Below, in pieces: positions 10,807-24,600 of a stretch of 64,000 bases of DNA (within the stretch, counting starts at the first letter, position 1; each line of letters begins with the position of its first letter). The position numbers were made by a program, and so were the translations under genes. The stretch lies in the NCBI GenBank assembly GCA_028023455.1, contig JAQFVV010000002.1, positions 33,604,001 through 33,668,000 on the forward strand. The letters are read 5' to 3'. Under the pieces are notes generated by a model. That model was not told where the DNA came from, ran no database searches, and saw only the letters and a program-made list of their open reading frames with translations. This stretch comes from Epiperipatus broadwayi (taxonomy: Eukaryota; Animalia; Onychophora).

Positions 10807-13065
10807 AGATTACATATACTGATTTGAAGAAATACAGATATTGAATTATATATATATTGTAACGATATATAAATATGTCGTTACATTAATTTAAAATAAA
10901 AAACTTTTAAGTTCGCATATAAAAATAAGTGTATTAAAAATAAAAGTAAAAAAAAACAAAAAACTAAACGCTAAAATTAAAAACGTTTGTTATACGTATA
11001 TATATTCGCACAGATGCTAAACTTTAAAAATTTTTTTTTTTTTAATAAATAAAAAAAAGGTATTTGAATGTATTTTTTGTAAAAAAAAGATTTATAAAAG
11101 TATTTTAATAAAAAAATAACGTAAGTTAAAATAAAAACAGATATTAATTAATTCCTGTAATCTATAAATGGAAATGATTGTTTATTAATTATCTAAAAGC
11201 TGTTTAATTAAAAAGTCAGATGGAAAGTTAGATAAGAGAAGAAAGGGATTTTAGCTTGACCAATGGAAGCCAAATAAAGGCCCGGACCATAACGAAAAAA
11301 CAGAACAGTGACGTTTTTGTTCATGGAATCCATAGGACTATAAAAAGAAAAAAAATATTGAGTTCCAGTCAGAGAGCTTTTTCCAACTTGATTTTGGTGA
11401 GTCTGGCGACAAGACGCACTTGTCGTCCTCACTCACTTATTTAAAAATGCAAAGACTGTGATACCAGGACAGAACCAGCAACTGCCACCTCCAAAACATC
11501 AGACCGGTCTTCCAGGAAAGTCTGCGTGGGAATTGCCAACGGGAACAGGGACTTCTCTACCGTAAGCAATAGAACTGAACAATTGTTAAAAATCATAACA
11601 TTAATTAAGAACTTTGAAGATTGATAAGTAAATTTATTTTTATAAAAAGGAATTTTTCTCTGACTTATGTGTCAACTAAATTGATAATGTGAAATTTTAT
11701 ATATGTGTGCGTTTGATAAAAAAAATCATTTCCATTTATTATTTATTGTATTGATATTTAAAGATTATTTAAATGCATGAAATTTAAGTTGTTTATAGAT
11801 GCTTGCATAGATTCGTTTGCGGTTAATTATATTTTGGTTTTCATATTTGATCAAAATATATAGACATTCGATAAATAATGATACCTTACAGTGAGTATCT
11901 AAAATGTATTTATTCGGATGTCTTTTAAGTTATTGGTGACAACGCAAGTATCTTATGGTGAATACTATTGGGTTACTTATAAGTTTCCCTCTGCGATTGT
12001 CGGTATCAATAATTTTGTATTTTGATCGTTTATGTTTATTTTGAAATGTTTTTGACCGTGGAATCTATGTAATCGATCTATACCCAACATTTTTAAACAA
12101 TCTGTGCGAACGTATTTAAATGTTAAAATTAAGTCGGGCGTGAATGGCTATATAGATTTGTAAAGTTATATTAGGGGAGGGAAATCTTAGGTTATGTGTG
12201 TCGTTGTTGAATTGGGTCAATGGATTGGATATATTTGTGTAATTAGTAGATGTAGTATGAGTTTCGCTACGTGCAGAATCGCTGTATACACCGCACCAAC
12301 CCTTTGCCTATGGATGGGATTGTAAGTCGGCAAAAAGGATCGCGGTCCCTTCCTATGGAGTTTTTATTTTATTGTTCTTCTTGCTATACAGATGTCATAT
12401 TCCTGTATTAGACAAGAGTCAATGTTTTCTTAAAATATATTGTTCAAATGTCCATTCCTGACAGTATAGTATCTTTGTGCTGTTGTATTTTCATGCTACA
12501 TTGAATACATAAATGTATCGGATGGATTGATGCCAGTTTGACTGCGAATTTTAGCCTAGGGTTAAATAGGGATAGAATGTTTTATTTTCAAATGCAGATC
12601 TATGTAGTCTATTCATACTTGACAATCTAAATAAAAAAAAAAATTAAAATCATTGAAATTTATGTAAATGTAAAAATAAAGAGTAATATAAAAATCTAAA
12701 AATGTTAAACCTATTCCTCGAATTTAGAATGATTTTATATGTGCGTAAATAAATATTTTATGTGTAAATTTCTGGCAGTGGCTTTTATTCTTTTATATTT
12801 AAGATATAAAATTAAGTTATATTTTATTATCTCTGCTACTCACTGAGCTAGTGACTTGGGCTAATGGTCAGAATATTTAAAGAAAGTGGAATCTTAACAG
12901 CGCATATCTGCCTACTTTATAAAATTTTCTAGGCTCAAATGCCTAGATGGCGCCCTTGTAGTGCAGATATTGTTTTTTGAGGTTAGATTCGATCTTCACT
13001 TTCATTCCGATTGGTACAATATATATATATAAAACCATTAAATGTCTGTATTTTTAAATCATATA

Positions 13066-13294
13066 ATAATAATTCAAACAAATTAATTTAACACAGTATT
13101 CAAAATTAAATAATATATTCTTTACCGGAAGTACTTTTGATTGTTTCACTGACAATCTTTATCAACCATGGTTGATAAAGATTGTGTGTCATGGTTGATA
13201 AAGATTGTCAGTGAAACAATCGAAAGTACTTCCAGTAAAGAATATATTATTTAATTTTGAATACTGTGTTAAATTAATTTGTTTGAATTATTAT
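13066..13294. mobile_element. Near-perfect fold-back with central duplication and U3-A8 hammerhead
   Basis: About 100-bp arms, palindromic centre CCATGG at 13166-13171, and ggttgataaagattgt duplicated. Confidence 0.85.
13192..13234 (+). ncRNA. Hammerhead ribozyme, U3-A8 core variant
   Basis: UGG UUGAUAA A GAUUGU CAGUGAA ACAAUC GAAA GUAC U U CCA; helix III palindrome AGUACU; helix I is only 3 bp because the fold-back junction truncates it. Confidence 0.7.
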
Positions 13295-13319
13295 ATATAT
13301 AAATTTTAATACAGTAGAT

Positions 13320-13420
13320 CTATCCAGATATTGAGAGAAGTTATAGAAAGGACAAATGAATATGAGTTGCCATTATGCTTTGGATTTGTAGATTATGAAA
13401 AGGCATTTGATTCTATAAAC
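13320..13420 (+). pseudogene. RTE-type reverse transcriptase fragment
   Basis: Reads IQILREVIERTNEYELPLCFGFVDYEKAFDSIN. Confidence 0.85.
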
Positions 13421-16234
13421 TAATAAATGATTAGTAATGATCATTCATTTATTTATCTGAAGTGTTTAATGCCAAAGTTATGAGTTTGTAAAGGTATACA
13501 TAAATTCATATATGATGTCATCAATTTTTTTACATTTGACATCCACTCTTTCAAGTTTCTTACAACTTGAAATATCATTTAGAGTTATATTGAATCAGAA
13601 ATTCCAGTTCATCAAATTAATTAGGGATTTGAACATCCTAAATGTCCACATAGATAAATTTGATTTTGCTGATCGGATGTTTATAGCGATCAGTTATTCA
13701 TGTATGTGGTATTTGACTTGATATTTTTTCAATATCTACATTTTTCAGTAAGTGGGAACAATTAATATCCACATTATAACATACAACGAACAGAAAGTTA
13801 TTAGATTTTAAATATATTTTAAGATTAAATTAGCATGAACACAACGTATGTGGATGACAATTTCACTTTTAGAGAAAATTACAAATATTATGTAACACTT
13901 AATGATTCTTTATTTGTGTTAACTTGAGTTATTACAATAGGTTGCTTTAGGTCATGTGCGAGAATCTAATTAGCCACAATAAACTCTCTTTACACAAGGA
14001 ATGAAAGATTGATGAATGGTTTACATGAATACACACAATTTGCCATGTGGTCAAGGTTATAAACCTCAGTTCTTTATATCACAAATAAGATTTCTTTCTG
14101 TTTCATTTTTATTTATTACTATTAGAGTGAAAATATGCATATATGGGAATGGTTCATTTATTTTAAAAAAAGGGTTGGCAACTTTAAACCAAGCACACTA
14201 CAGGAATTCATACAACACTACCCCAAACATGATTCACATACCATTATGACTTATTGGGATGAAACAGGCAAAAATAATTTAATTAATAGATACTGGTACT
14301 ACTAAAAGTTAAATATATATATATAAATAATAAAGCCCAGCTGGCCAAAGAATAGCTTCATCATTTGACGTATTTTCCGAGGAAGGCATATGTTTGCATG
14401 TATGGTGAAGTGGTACAAAAGTTGAGGTAGATTTGGTGATGTGATGAGCCAGCATACAATGTCCCCCATAGAGCATCCAAGACCTTAGCCTCGTGTTTCA
14501 CAAGGTCTATAATCCCTGATTACGAACGATTTCAAGAGGAAGGGAAAACTTCGAATTCTCAAAAGTTTCCAAATGATAAAGCATTTGAAATAGTAAAGAA
14601 ATGTTAAGCCATGCCAGCAGTACAATATACATATGAGAATAAAACTAATGTTTAATATTATAACTTTAAACGGTTTAATCCTCAGCATAATGATATGGAT
14701 AATAGTGAATCAGGCTGTGAATATCTAATAAGACAGTTAATATTTAATTCTTCCATTTAATTAGTCATTTGCATTTTTCCATATATGCTTTAAACAGCTT
14801 ACAATTATTCAACCCATTTGGGCAGTTACAGTAATTAGTGTTTAATTTTTAATTGTGATCTTTCATGAACAAAATAAAAAAATTTAAACAAGAGAGTTCT
14901 AGAACGATCAACCCCATGAGTCTATTTTAACAAAATAAATATTAAATATTTATAGGGAGTGAATGATAAATATTATTCTTATCATTACAATTTACTTTAC
15001 TTTTTTTAAAAAAAAAACTATTATATATCAAACTTGGGAGGTTGAGCTGAATTGGCATATTAATAAAAGAAAACTTTAAAAAGATATTATATATTATTAA
15101 ACGAAATGCACAGACTCATAAAGCTAGCATAAAGGTGAAATTGGAGTTAATATTATAAGAAATATATTATGGATTATAGAGAGGTCTTACAAGCAAAGAT
15201 TAACTATAAATATATAAAAAACATTAATTAGTATAAATATAGGTAAGCATGGACAAATTTGCATAGATACCTCAGCTTACTCAGGGGAATGATTAAATAG
15301 TTCATTCTTTGAACTTCAGTTTGCAGAGCTCAGCTTAGTGGTCAGTAATCTTGGTCACTACTGCTTTTTTATTGGTGGCAGCATTCTTCCATGGCAGCAT
15401 TCTGGAGACAGCTCCAAGAGGCATGGGAAAGATGGTTTGGTTCCCTACTTGACTGTCATTCTTTATCACGCTATATTCTTTTCTTGTTATTCTTGTTGGG
15501 AAAGAAGAAATGGAAAAACTCAAAGAGCAAAGAGAAAAAGAGACCCTTATCTCCAATCTACTCTATTTATACATCCCCAACTATAACAGGAATGCCTTGG
15601 TTCATTTGCCCAGAGGCAGATAAGACAATTAATAAATTCCTGAGCCAATTATAGCCCATTTTTAATTAAACGCAATATATAAGAAGATGATAAGATTCAA
15701 ATCACATTCCAGCTCGAAAGAATTCAAATTAAAAATAAATGAAAAAAAAAACTTTCATTAGTAAAATCTTTAGTTAAAGTCTTTAAATTATAAAAGATAG
15801 AAACTATGACAAGAAAACAATACTTTAATTAATGAAAGTCGAACTTTTAAAATATTTAATTAGTGAAGAAAACTTCACAATGGACTAATTTGAACCTGCC
15901 ATCTTGGTTATATCTTCTTTCTTTTATAATTCTACAAAATTGAAATTTAAACACAAATAATTTTATAAAAAAATTAAAAATTATGTGATATAATTTTTTT
16001 TTTTAAAAAAAAAAAAGATCATATATTTAAAAGTAACAAAATAACACAATTCAAATTATAAACATTTGTTATATAGGAAAGTTTTCGCATATTATATATC
16101 TATCTATATGTTGCTGTGCATTAGGTGATGGCACTTAGTAAATTAAACATGATGGCTGGAGTTTGAATCCTTGTAGATTGTTAGTTTTTAGGAAGGAAAA
16201 CATGAAGCTCACTCTGACTACAGAGTGACTGCTT

Positions 16235-16236
<2 letters not shown>

Positions 16237-16278
<42 letters not shown>
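16237..16278. repeat. (TA)n microsatellite
   Basis: Pure AT dinucleotide run. Confidence 0.95.
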
Positions 16279-16281
<3 letters not shown>

Positions 16282-17759
16282 TATAGGAAGTATTGATTGA
16301 TAAATATAGAATATAAAAAAGATTAAAATTTATAATATATAAAAAGGTAATAATTATATAGAGAAGTATATAAAGATATATGTAAGTATATAAATAATGA
16401 TTATAAGATGAAATATATATATAAAATAAAAAAATTATATGTTCATGTATATTTGTATTCATGTATTTGTACTCTTTGTTATAGTTCTGAAGCAGATTGC
16501 TGGGATAATCGAGTCATCAATAGTGGGTTGCAAAAAAGCATTGTAAAAAGTAATAAAGAACATGGAAGATATAATTCATGGCTTCAATGTATTGTAGAAA
16601 TAAATTTATCTAATCTCTCTTGGCTATTTCCATAAAAAATAGTAATTGTATGATTAAATGGGAAGCACTCGTTTAATTTTTTCAAATTTTTATTTAATAA
16701 TTGATTCAAATATTTTTAACACCACCACTCATTTGATGGCCTAAGACTCGGGAAGAAATATTTCCATAAAAAATAATGTGGCTTTATTACTCAAAAGTTC
16801 GTAAGAAGTTCGATTGCAGAAAATGGCAAAGTCAAAATTGATTTGAGGAGTTTACACTCCAGCGTTTGATCCTTTATTCCTGCAGTAAAGCACACGGGGA
16901 AATATTTCCATTATAAAAATCAACAAAAATATTCTCAGTGAAATAAGCAGATGAAATTCATGTCACATGACAAATGATTTTTCCCCCACAGTAGTCTACA
17001 AAATATTTAATGTGCTGTTTCACCACTTTTTACACCTATTTTAAAAAGCTGTGCACACACACTCTATATTACATTTTAATCCGATGTTTGTGAACACTGT
17101 ATTCTGCCTTAAGAAAAATATTACTTCACTCCACCAAACATTTTCATAATTTAACCTTGGAAATATTAATTAGATGTCTGCTTACACGTTTCTAAATAAA
17201 GTTCCTATTATCTTCTACGTTATTGCTTTTCATTATGGAATCAAATGCTATAAAGTAATAGATGTTTATATTTCTTATTGAGATTTAATTAACAGGTTAT
17301 GTAATTAGTTAAAATTTATTTTAAGAACATTTTCAAGTTTATTAACTGATTTCAATTTTATATTTTTTTCAGCTTATTTGTCTTATCCTTGCAAGTGATA
17401 ACTACATGACGAAATATATAATTTGTTTATTGTCCTCACTTATTTTATGCTCCCCCCCCCCTATAGAGATAACTCACATAGTTTACCATAATAATCTCCA
17501 TTTACTATTTATATACATTTTCTAATTAAAAAGTTTAAGCAGATAGCAATTAGTCTTCTGGACATGTCCATTGGGGGGCAAAAAAATTGCCAAAAAGGAT
17601 GGGGGTAGGGAACTCTGCAAATTTGCATTTATTATATTCATATAATAAAATACACAACTTTTTATTTATTTCAGGTACAATTTAAAAATTATTAACCAAA
17701 ACAATTATAAATAATAATAAAATATATTTTCAAATAATAGAAATATGGATAATTGCTAA

Positions 17760-18070
17760 GAAAATACTACAAAAATGTATTTTACATTAACTAATCAGTG
17801 TCTTTAATAGGTAGTGCTGAAAAACATTTGTAACAGCCATTGTCAGACAATACTGCTATACACAAGGTATAAATATTTTTTACAAATACACCAACACTTA
17901 TTTTAGGAGTTTTCAAGTATCTTTCAGATATAATTTATTATCTAATATCACACTCCTTACAAACATGTTATAACCAAATTGAAGGCTTTAATATTATGGT
18001 TTATCATTAGTCATGTACAAATGCCCATCTAATCATGACTTTGAACTTATGCAGTCAATATATGTAACAA
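17760..18070. repeat. Segment of dispersed repeat family X
   Basis: Similar to 48890-49100 (tttgtaacagccat) and 50400-50490 (atgactttgaa.ttatgcagtcaatata). Confidence 0.55.
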
Positions 18071-18607
18071 TATTTTAAAAAATATGCCTGTTTCTCTCAG
18101 ATTAGCCATAACCTCTACAGGGTTAACTTAATCACATTTTATCATGACAGTCATTTATTCTCATTTGTGGATAATGGATTTTTTTATTTCCAGGATTATT
18201 AACTCAACTTGTGTTGTAGAAGATTATTAATTAAAAAACCCAAATCTTTGATATGATTGCCTTCTGTTAAAAAATAATCTTATTAGATTACCAAAGGATT
18301 CTTCCTTTTTTGATATGTCAATAACTTTGTTTAAAATAAAGCTAGATTAATATGTAAATAGATTAACCAAGATTAAACAATTAAAAACATAAAAAACACT
18401 TCCACCCTAATCTTTATCTCTATTTTCCCTAGAGTGAAAGCCTAAGACTGCTATTTAATTGTATTTACTTTTATTAGCATATTACATTTAATAAAAGCCA
18501 AATCTTAACATCTTGAGTTGTAGTTTCTCTCTTTCAAGATTATTAATTTTCAATCAGTAATAATAGAAATAAAAATTTTATTTATATTAAATGCTTTTAT
18601 TGACTAT

Positions 18608-18835
18608 GCATTAAAAAGAAATAAAGTAATTGTTTCTTCAACCACAATTAGAATTTTTAGATTTAACTTGAAAAAAAACAGAGGGCCCCAGAAATTAATT
18701 AAGTTATAAAACAATAGGGATTGACTTTATTAATTTCTGGATCTCCCCCCCCCCCACATGCTTTTATTTCATGTTAAATCTAAAAACTCTAATTGTGGTT
18801 GAAGAAATAATTATTTTCTTTATTTTTAGTGCATT
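18608..18835. repeat. Imperfect inverted repeat
   Basis: tttcttcaaccacaattagaatttttagatttaac versus gttaaatctaaaaactctaattgtggttgaagaaa. Confidence 0.7.
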
Positions 18836-19521
18836 TAATATAAAAAAAAATATCTCTATTATTTTTAAATTTTTAGTATTGGCTCAGTAAATGAAAATAT
18901 AAAACTATATCATACTTTAAATTGACTGGACACTTATAGTTGATATATATATCACTAGATATTTCTGCTATAAATTAAATTTTATACCCTTTATGTATAT
19001 ATCATTATTTAGTATGTGTACATAATAATACATGTGTATATATTATAAGTATACTTTATTTAATATATATAATTTTACTTTAAATCAATATCATTCATAT
19101 AGTATATGTAAGTCATTAGATATTTCGATAGTAAGGTAATATATATATATATATATTCTCTTAATGTTATATAAATGTCTATTTTATATTCTTAATGTAT
19201 AAATTATATTTAGTATGTGTACATAATTGTATATGTATAATAAATCAGTAACTAAGTTTTTTATTTTAGATTTGTTTTTACTTTAAAATAGTTTTTTTTT
19301 AAAAAAAAATGCTAAAGAAAAATTCATGATCTTTTTTAACTTTTTGCTATTGTTTTAAATAGTGCAGTTTTCTACCTTACTTTTTTTTTAAAAACAATTG
19401 TTTTAATATAAAAATAGATATAATTTTAAATAGAAAACTTAGTTAATGATTTATTATATATATATATAATTATTATATACAGAGCTCACAAATAAGCTCT
19501 TAACAAGTTTTGCAGAATACT

Positions 19522-19571
19522 CCTAACTCCAGACTGGTTTCTGCTACTGGCTTCCTCAGTGAGATGTTAGG
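19522..19571 (-). ncRNA. Hammerhead ribozyme (family B)
   Basis: CCUAA CA UCUCA CUGAGGA A GC CAGUA GC A GAAA CCAG UC UGGAG UUAGG. Confidence 0.7.
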
Positions 19572-19576
19572 ATATC

Positions 19577-19626
19577 CCTAACCCCAGACCGCATTTTGCT
19601 ACTGGCTTCTGCAGTGAGGTGCTAGG
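19577..19626 (-). ncRNA. Degenerate second hammerhead monomer (55-nt period)
   Basis: Same layout as 19522-19571 with the core mutated (CUGCAGA; AAAA). Confidence 0.6.
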
Positions 19627-21218
19627 ATATTCATTGGTCTGGGGTTAGGAATATTCATCAAAGCTTGTTAAGAGCTTATTTGTGAGCTCTTTATATAACA
19701 TTTGTAATACAAGGTTGTTTAAATTAGGTCATGCGACATCTAACTTGATTTTTTTGTAATATATAATTATGTATACAAATTAAATATATCACATACATTA
19801 AGAGTTTAAAATAGTTTTTGAAATGTTATTAAATTGAAAAAAAAATTTTTTATCTGCCTTTTATGATCATTATTTAAAACAAATGAAAATTCTAAGAATA
19901 ATTGTTAACTGCAATGTGCAAAATTATTAAATATTTTTCATATTTTTTCTGCCCTCATATTTATTAAACAAGTTGACATACAAAAAAGATGTTTCAAATG
20001 GATTAAGGTCATAAAACATATATCAATTTTCAAGAATTTAAATATATTAAACCTCAATTTTACAATTTCATTCTAACTTGAAAAAGTTAAAAAAATTAAC
20101 AAACAAACAGATTTTCTAAAACGAATAAAAGCATTTAAAAGTGTAATTGTTTAAGCTTTTCATCATCTTGTTCAAAGTAAGAATCTATTCACTATGTTCC
20201 TATGAAAACATGATTGGTTTTCTTTCCAAACTGCCTATAAAGCCGTCTTTGAATCATCATGTATGTTACACAGCAACATATTTTAGCTATTAAGTATAAA
20301 AATTTAAAATTATTAGTATGATTGGATTATGATTTATGACATGAAATGTGACAACATGTTTCATACCTCAACACATAACATTGAATTTGTTTTAAATTGG
20401 GGAAAACTGAGATTGAAATGACCAAAGTGATTTATATTCTTTATGTGAGACCAAGTTTTCAAGTGTTCTTCAAAATTTTGTGATGGCAAAAAAAAGGCAC
20501 TGAAGACAATCTACATGGCAGTACATTAATTTTTTTGTGGTGAATAGCTCAATGATTTCATTATGTCATACACACACTAATGTAGATATGGAATTGAAGA
20601 GATCTTGAAGACAATTGTCATCTTTTTATTGATATATACTGTATATATAGCTATGCTTAACAATTAATATTCCCTTTACAACTTACCTTCTATTATAAAT
20701 ATCAAATTCAAGTCAAAACTACTTTATGAATATGTTAAAAATTGACAGACAAGTTTAACATAACAATGTTAATTATTAAATAAAGCATCATAAAACACAT
20801 TCACATGGTTTTCTCGATTATACATATCTCTCAAAGTAAAAATAGTGGAATGATGAAACAATTTTAATTAGATTATGTTTTGATTTAAAACAGGTTTATG
20901 AACCATATTGAAGAGTACACATACCCAATGTAGAACTGATATAGACTAGTACCACAGTGTTAGAATGTTTATTAATTTTTTGTAGAAATAGGAACTGAGA
21001 CAATAGAAATAGCAATTGATAAATTAAAAAAATTGATATTAGATAATTTCGTTTACAAATTTTTAGATAAAAAAAAATATGCATAAATATTAGCAGTTTA
21101 ATTGATAAAACTAATTTTATTAAATGATGGAAATTATTCAATAAAATTTTAAAAGATATTTCAATAAAAGTAATAAGATATTTTAAAAAGATATGGAGTA
21201 AAATGTCCCAGATTAAGG

Positions 21219-21499
21219 TACTTTGGGATTAGCATTGCCATGATGTAATCATCCAGACATAATTATTCTAATTTTGCAAATTATTCTAGCATTTTAGGTT
21301 TTCATAATAATCATAACTATGGCATTCTCCCAATCACAAACCCATCATCCTCCTTCCACTGATGAAAGATACATGGCATAAGGTATTTACAAGCATGGAC
21401 AGTAAAATTACTATGAAATCCTAAAGTGTTAGAATAATTCACAAAGTTAGAGGAATTATCGCTGGATTAATATGCCATGATAATGCTAACGCCAAAGTA
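21219..21499. repeat. Old imperfect fold-back; CUGAUGA plus a helix II in the loop
   Basis: Diverged inverted arms; CTGATGA at 21359-21365 is followed by an AGATAC/GTATTT stem but there is no GAAA. Confidence 0.55.
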
Positions 21500-21859
21500 T
21501 CCATCAGATTAATAATGATATATGAATAAATTGCTAAGTTGTCTTAAAGATAGAAATGAAAGTTTAATATAAATTGAAAAGGAATTATATAAATTTAGGA
21601 GAGAGTAACTAGAAGAAGAATGTTTAGAAGTAGAGGAACTACAACAAAATGTAATTTTTTTTAATTTATAACAAAATAAAACAATAGTAAATCAAGTGTT
21701 AACATAAAATAATGATTGAAGGTAAAAATGATAAAATAATAATAAGATGAGAACAATATATCGATATTTATATAGAAAAAATGAAATAAGAATGTCATAT
21801 CTTGTGGAATAATGAAAGAAAAAGTTATTCAAATATAAACTGAGAAGAAAACTAAAAAG

Positions 21860-22050
21860 ACACAAAAAATTGATGATTCCATCAGAATTATTGAAAGTTA
21901 TGAGAGAAAATGAAATAGTTGATATCTATAATGTAATTTATAATTCAGGAGAATAATTTTCATTGAACATATGTTCCCATTAAAAATACATAAAGAATTT
22001 TAAAACAATTAGTTTAATTTTAATATTCTATTAAGATACTATAGATATCT
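21860..22050 (+). pseudogene. Highly degraded RTE RT N-terminal remnant
   Basis: Frame ...PSELLKVMRENEIVDIYNVIYNSGE..., with FKTISL-like sequence downstream. Confidence 0.45.
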
Positions 22051-22157
22051 TTTAACTAAATTTGAAATAGTTTATTTAAAAATTAATTTGAATTTAAAAA
22101 TGACAGTGAAACCAGTGATGAAATTAGGAAATATTAAGTGGAAATATGAAAAGTTTT

Positions 22158-22248
22158 GCATTGGTGGTCAAGAGGTCAGCGCGACTGCCTTGCACTTACA
22201 GGCAGTTGCCCAGGTTGCGGGTTCAGGTCTCTATGACACTTAAAAAAA
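22158..22248 (+). mobile_element. tRNA-Gly-derived SINE (diverged) with TSD
   Basis: Matches the consensus; atgaaaagttt is duplicated on both sides. Confidence 0.8.
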
Positions 22249-22874
22249 ATGAAAAGTTTAATATTTCTTTTATTGATTTTCAAAAAGTTACTTGACAAAG
22301 TAAAATGGATATTGTGTTGAATATAAGGAGAAATATAAGGAGAAAATTATAGATACAGGAAGGAAAAGCACTTATTAATAAATATGTATATGAACAATCT
22401 TATATATAAAATTCATATTTTATTTGTTATCTGATTGGTGAATGTATGAATGTTTGTCTGATATGTGTCAAAGTAACAATCACTATATTAAGGAGAAGTA
22501 AATAATTCTGCCATTAAATAAAAACTGCTAAGAAAAAAATAAGTACAAGTACTTTTAACTACAGAAATAGAGTATATATTTCATGATAAAGGACCCCATC
22601 CTGCTGCAGAAGCAGCTACAAACACCGATTTATAAATCAATATTAAGGTGTTTTGTGTTTTTATGGTCTGTCAATCCCCTAATGACATATTTAGCAATGT
22701 TTAATTTAAAATCTAAAAAACTTTTATAAATTAGCAATAGAAAAGCAGATTTTACATTAAATCTTAAAAAAAACTGTTAAAGCAATAATTAAAAAATTAC
22801 AAATATTATATTTAATAGAAAATATTACAAAAACAACCAGCATTTTTTTAAACTGACATTAAGGTAACTATTAA

Positions 22875-23714
22875 CCTTTTGACTGTTTGACTCGTTCTTA
22901 ATCGAGGCAATTTTTGATACATATTCGTTTTAATCGAGTAAATTTGACATCGCTGTAAATTGCTTAGTTTTTGGACTACGTTTACGGTTTTAACGTCATT
23001 TTTTAGAACGCAAAAAGTTTTATAATATACTGCCATCTATTGAATTATTTTACAAGTAAAAAATCAATTAATTGATGATTTATGTCAAACAAAAACTAAG
23101 CACTGCCTTTTCACATCTTTTCTTGAATCTTATTGGCTGTTGAAATTTTGTAAACAAAAGAAAATGGAAAAGCTCCGCCTTCTCATCATCTTTTCTTGAA
23201 TCTTATTGGCTGTTAAAATTTTTATATGGCTGCCAAAAATTAAAAATTTACGAACGCTTTTGTTTTATTTTGAAAATGATAAACGAATGTTTTAGAGCAT
23301 TTTAAAAATATTTTTTGATGAAATACAAATAAAATACAAATTATTTTCATATAATATGTCAAAAATAAATATTATTTTACAAAAATAGTTACGATTTTAG
23401 CAAGAATTATTTATTTATTGCAAAGTCGGGAAAAAAAAATCATAACGTGAAATTATGATTGCCGTTTCTTTTCATGTCAACCGTAACAAATATTTTTAAA
23501 ATTAAAAATCAAAATTTATTTTTGAACAAACTTTCGTTTATTTTTATAGTGTGAGAAATTACTAATATACTTTTTAAAAACGAAACTAAAGTGAATATAT
23601 TTAAAAAAACGGTCAATAACTTTTGAAAAATTGATACATTATTTTGTGCATCAGCTAATTAAAAGCTTTGAGTGATACCACCTGCAGCGAATGAACAATT
23701 GGACAGTTAAAGGG
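22875..23714. mobile_element. Non-autonomous piggyBac-type element
   Basis: TTAA at 22871-22874 and 23715-23718; termini CCTTTTGACTGT / ACAGTTAAAGGG; no ORF; internal direct repeat at ~23113 and ~23187. Confidence 0.75.
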
Positions 23715-24388
23715 TTAATAAAGCTTAAAGAATTAATGCAATTAGTTGTGCTGCTATTGAAAAATTGGGAAAAAAATTTTTTTTCATTTTTTTATCCAGA
23801 GGGTGCTCTAGTATATATATAATGTAAACTTATCAAGTATAACAAATATATTTAAAAATGTAAATTTTGATTTAGCTTTATTAAAATTAAGAAATTTATT
23901 TATATAATATTAAAATGTTTTGTTTAATTTACATTAAATCTTTAAAAATTTGTTAAAGTATCCAATTAAAAAAATCATGGGTCTTTACAAGGCTGAATGC
24001 ATCTGTTAAAAATATAATAGTTAAATGACCTTCTTATAAAAGGGATAGATATAGGAAGATGTTGATAGCAGTAATATTTTTTATTAAATGATTATATTTG
24101 CTGGTGATAAAAAAAGCCACTGAAAATGTTGTTCAGAACCGATAAAGCTTGTAGAAAGTTTAGGGTGAAATAATAATTAAAAAACTAATACAAAGTTAGA
24201 GAGAAGAAATAATAAGAGTAAGCATTAGATAAAAAGCAAGAGAAGAAATGGTGATAAAAAATTAGTAAAAAATGGAATATCTAAATAAGCTTTTAATAAG
24301 AATAAACAATTAGATCTAAAACAAAAAAGGATTAATTTTTGTTTGGCTGATAAAAATTATGGATATTAGGGGAAAGGAGAAATAATTG

Positions 24389-24600
24389 GAGGCTTTAGAA
24401 ATGTGGATTTGGAAAGTAATGAACAGATTAAATTGGAAAGATAAGAACAAAAATATGAATTGAAAAAATTATAAAGAAATTATTTTTTGAGAAAATTAAA
24501 TAGACAAACTAGATTGGAATGTGCTTAGAGACAGAAACATTAAGAAAAAATGTTGGGACTGTAGGAGGTAAAAAAATATAGAGCAAGAGAAAGTTGACTA
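24389..24600 (+). pseudogene. RTE RT C-terminal remnant
   Basis: Reads EALEMWIWKVMNRLNWKD (compare EAFEMW.WRRML.ISW.D). Confidence 0.55.

Larger units (their letters stand above)
19482..19745. mobile_element. Family B PLE-like fold-back with two tandem hammerheads
   Basis: Inverted arms ~19482-19535 and ~19636-19690; the tail ttatataacatttgtaatacaagg is shared with 45050-45110. Confidence 0.8.

Noticed and set aside
11200-11600. GC-richer segment with TGGCGAC, a possible LTR/PBS
   Set aside because: No TG...CA boundary, no second LTR and no gag-like frame.
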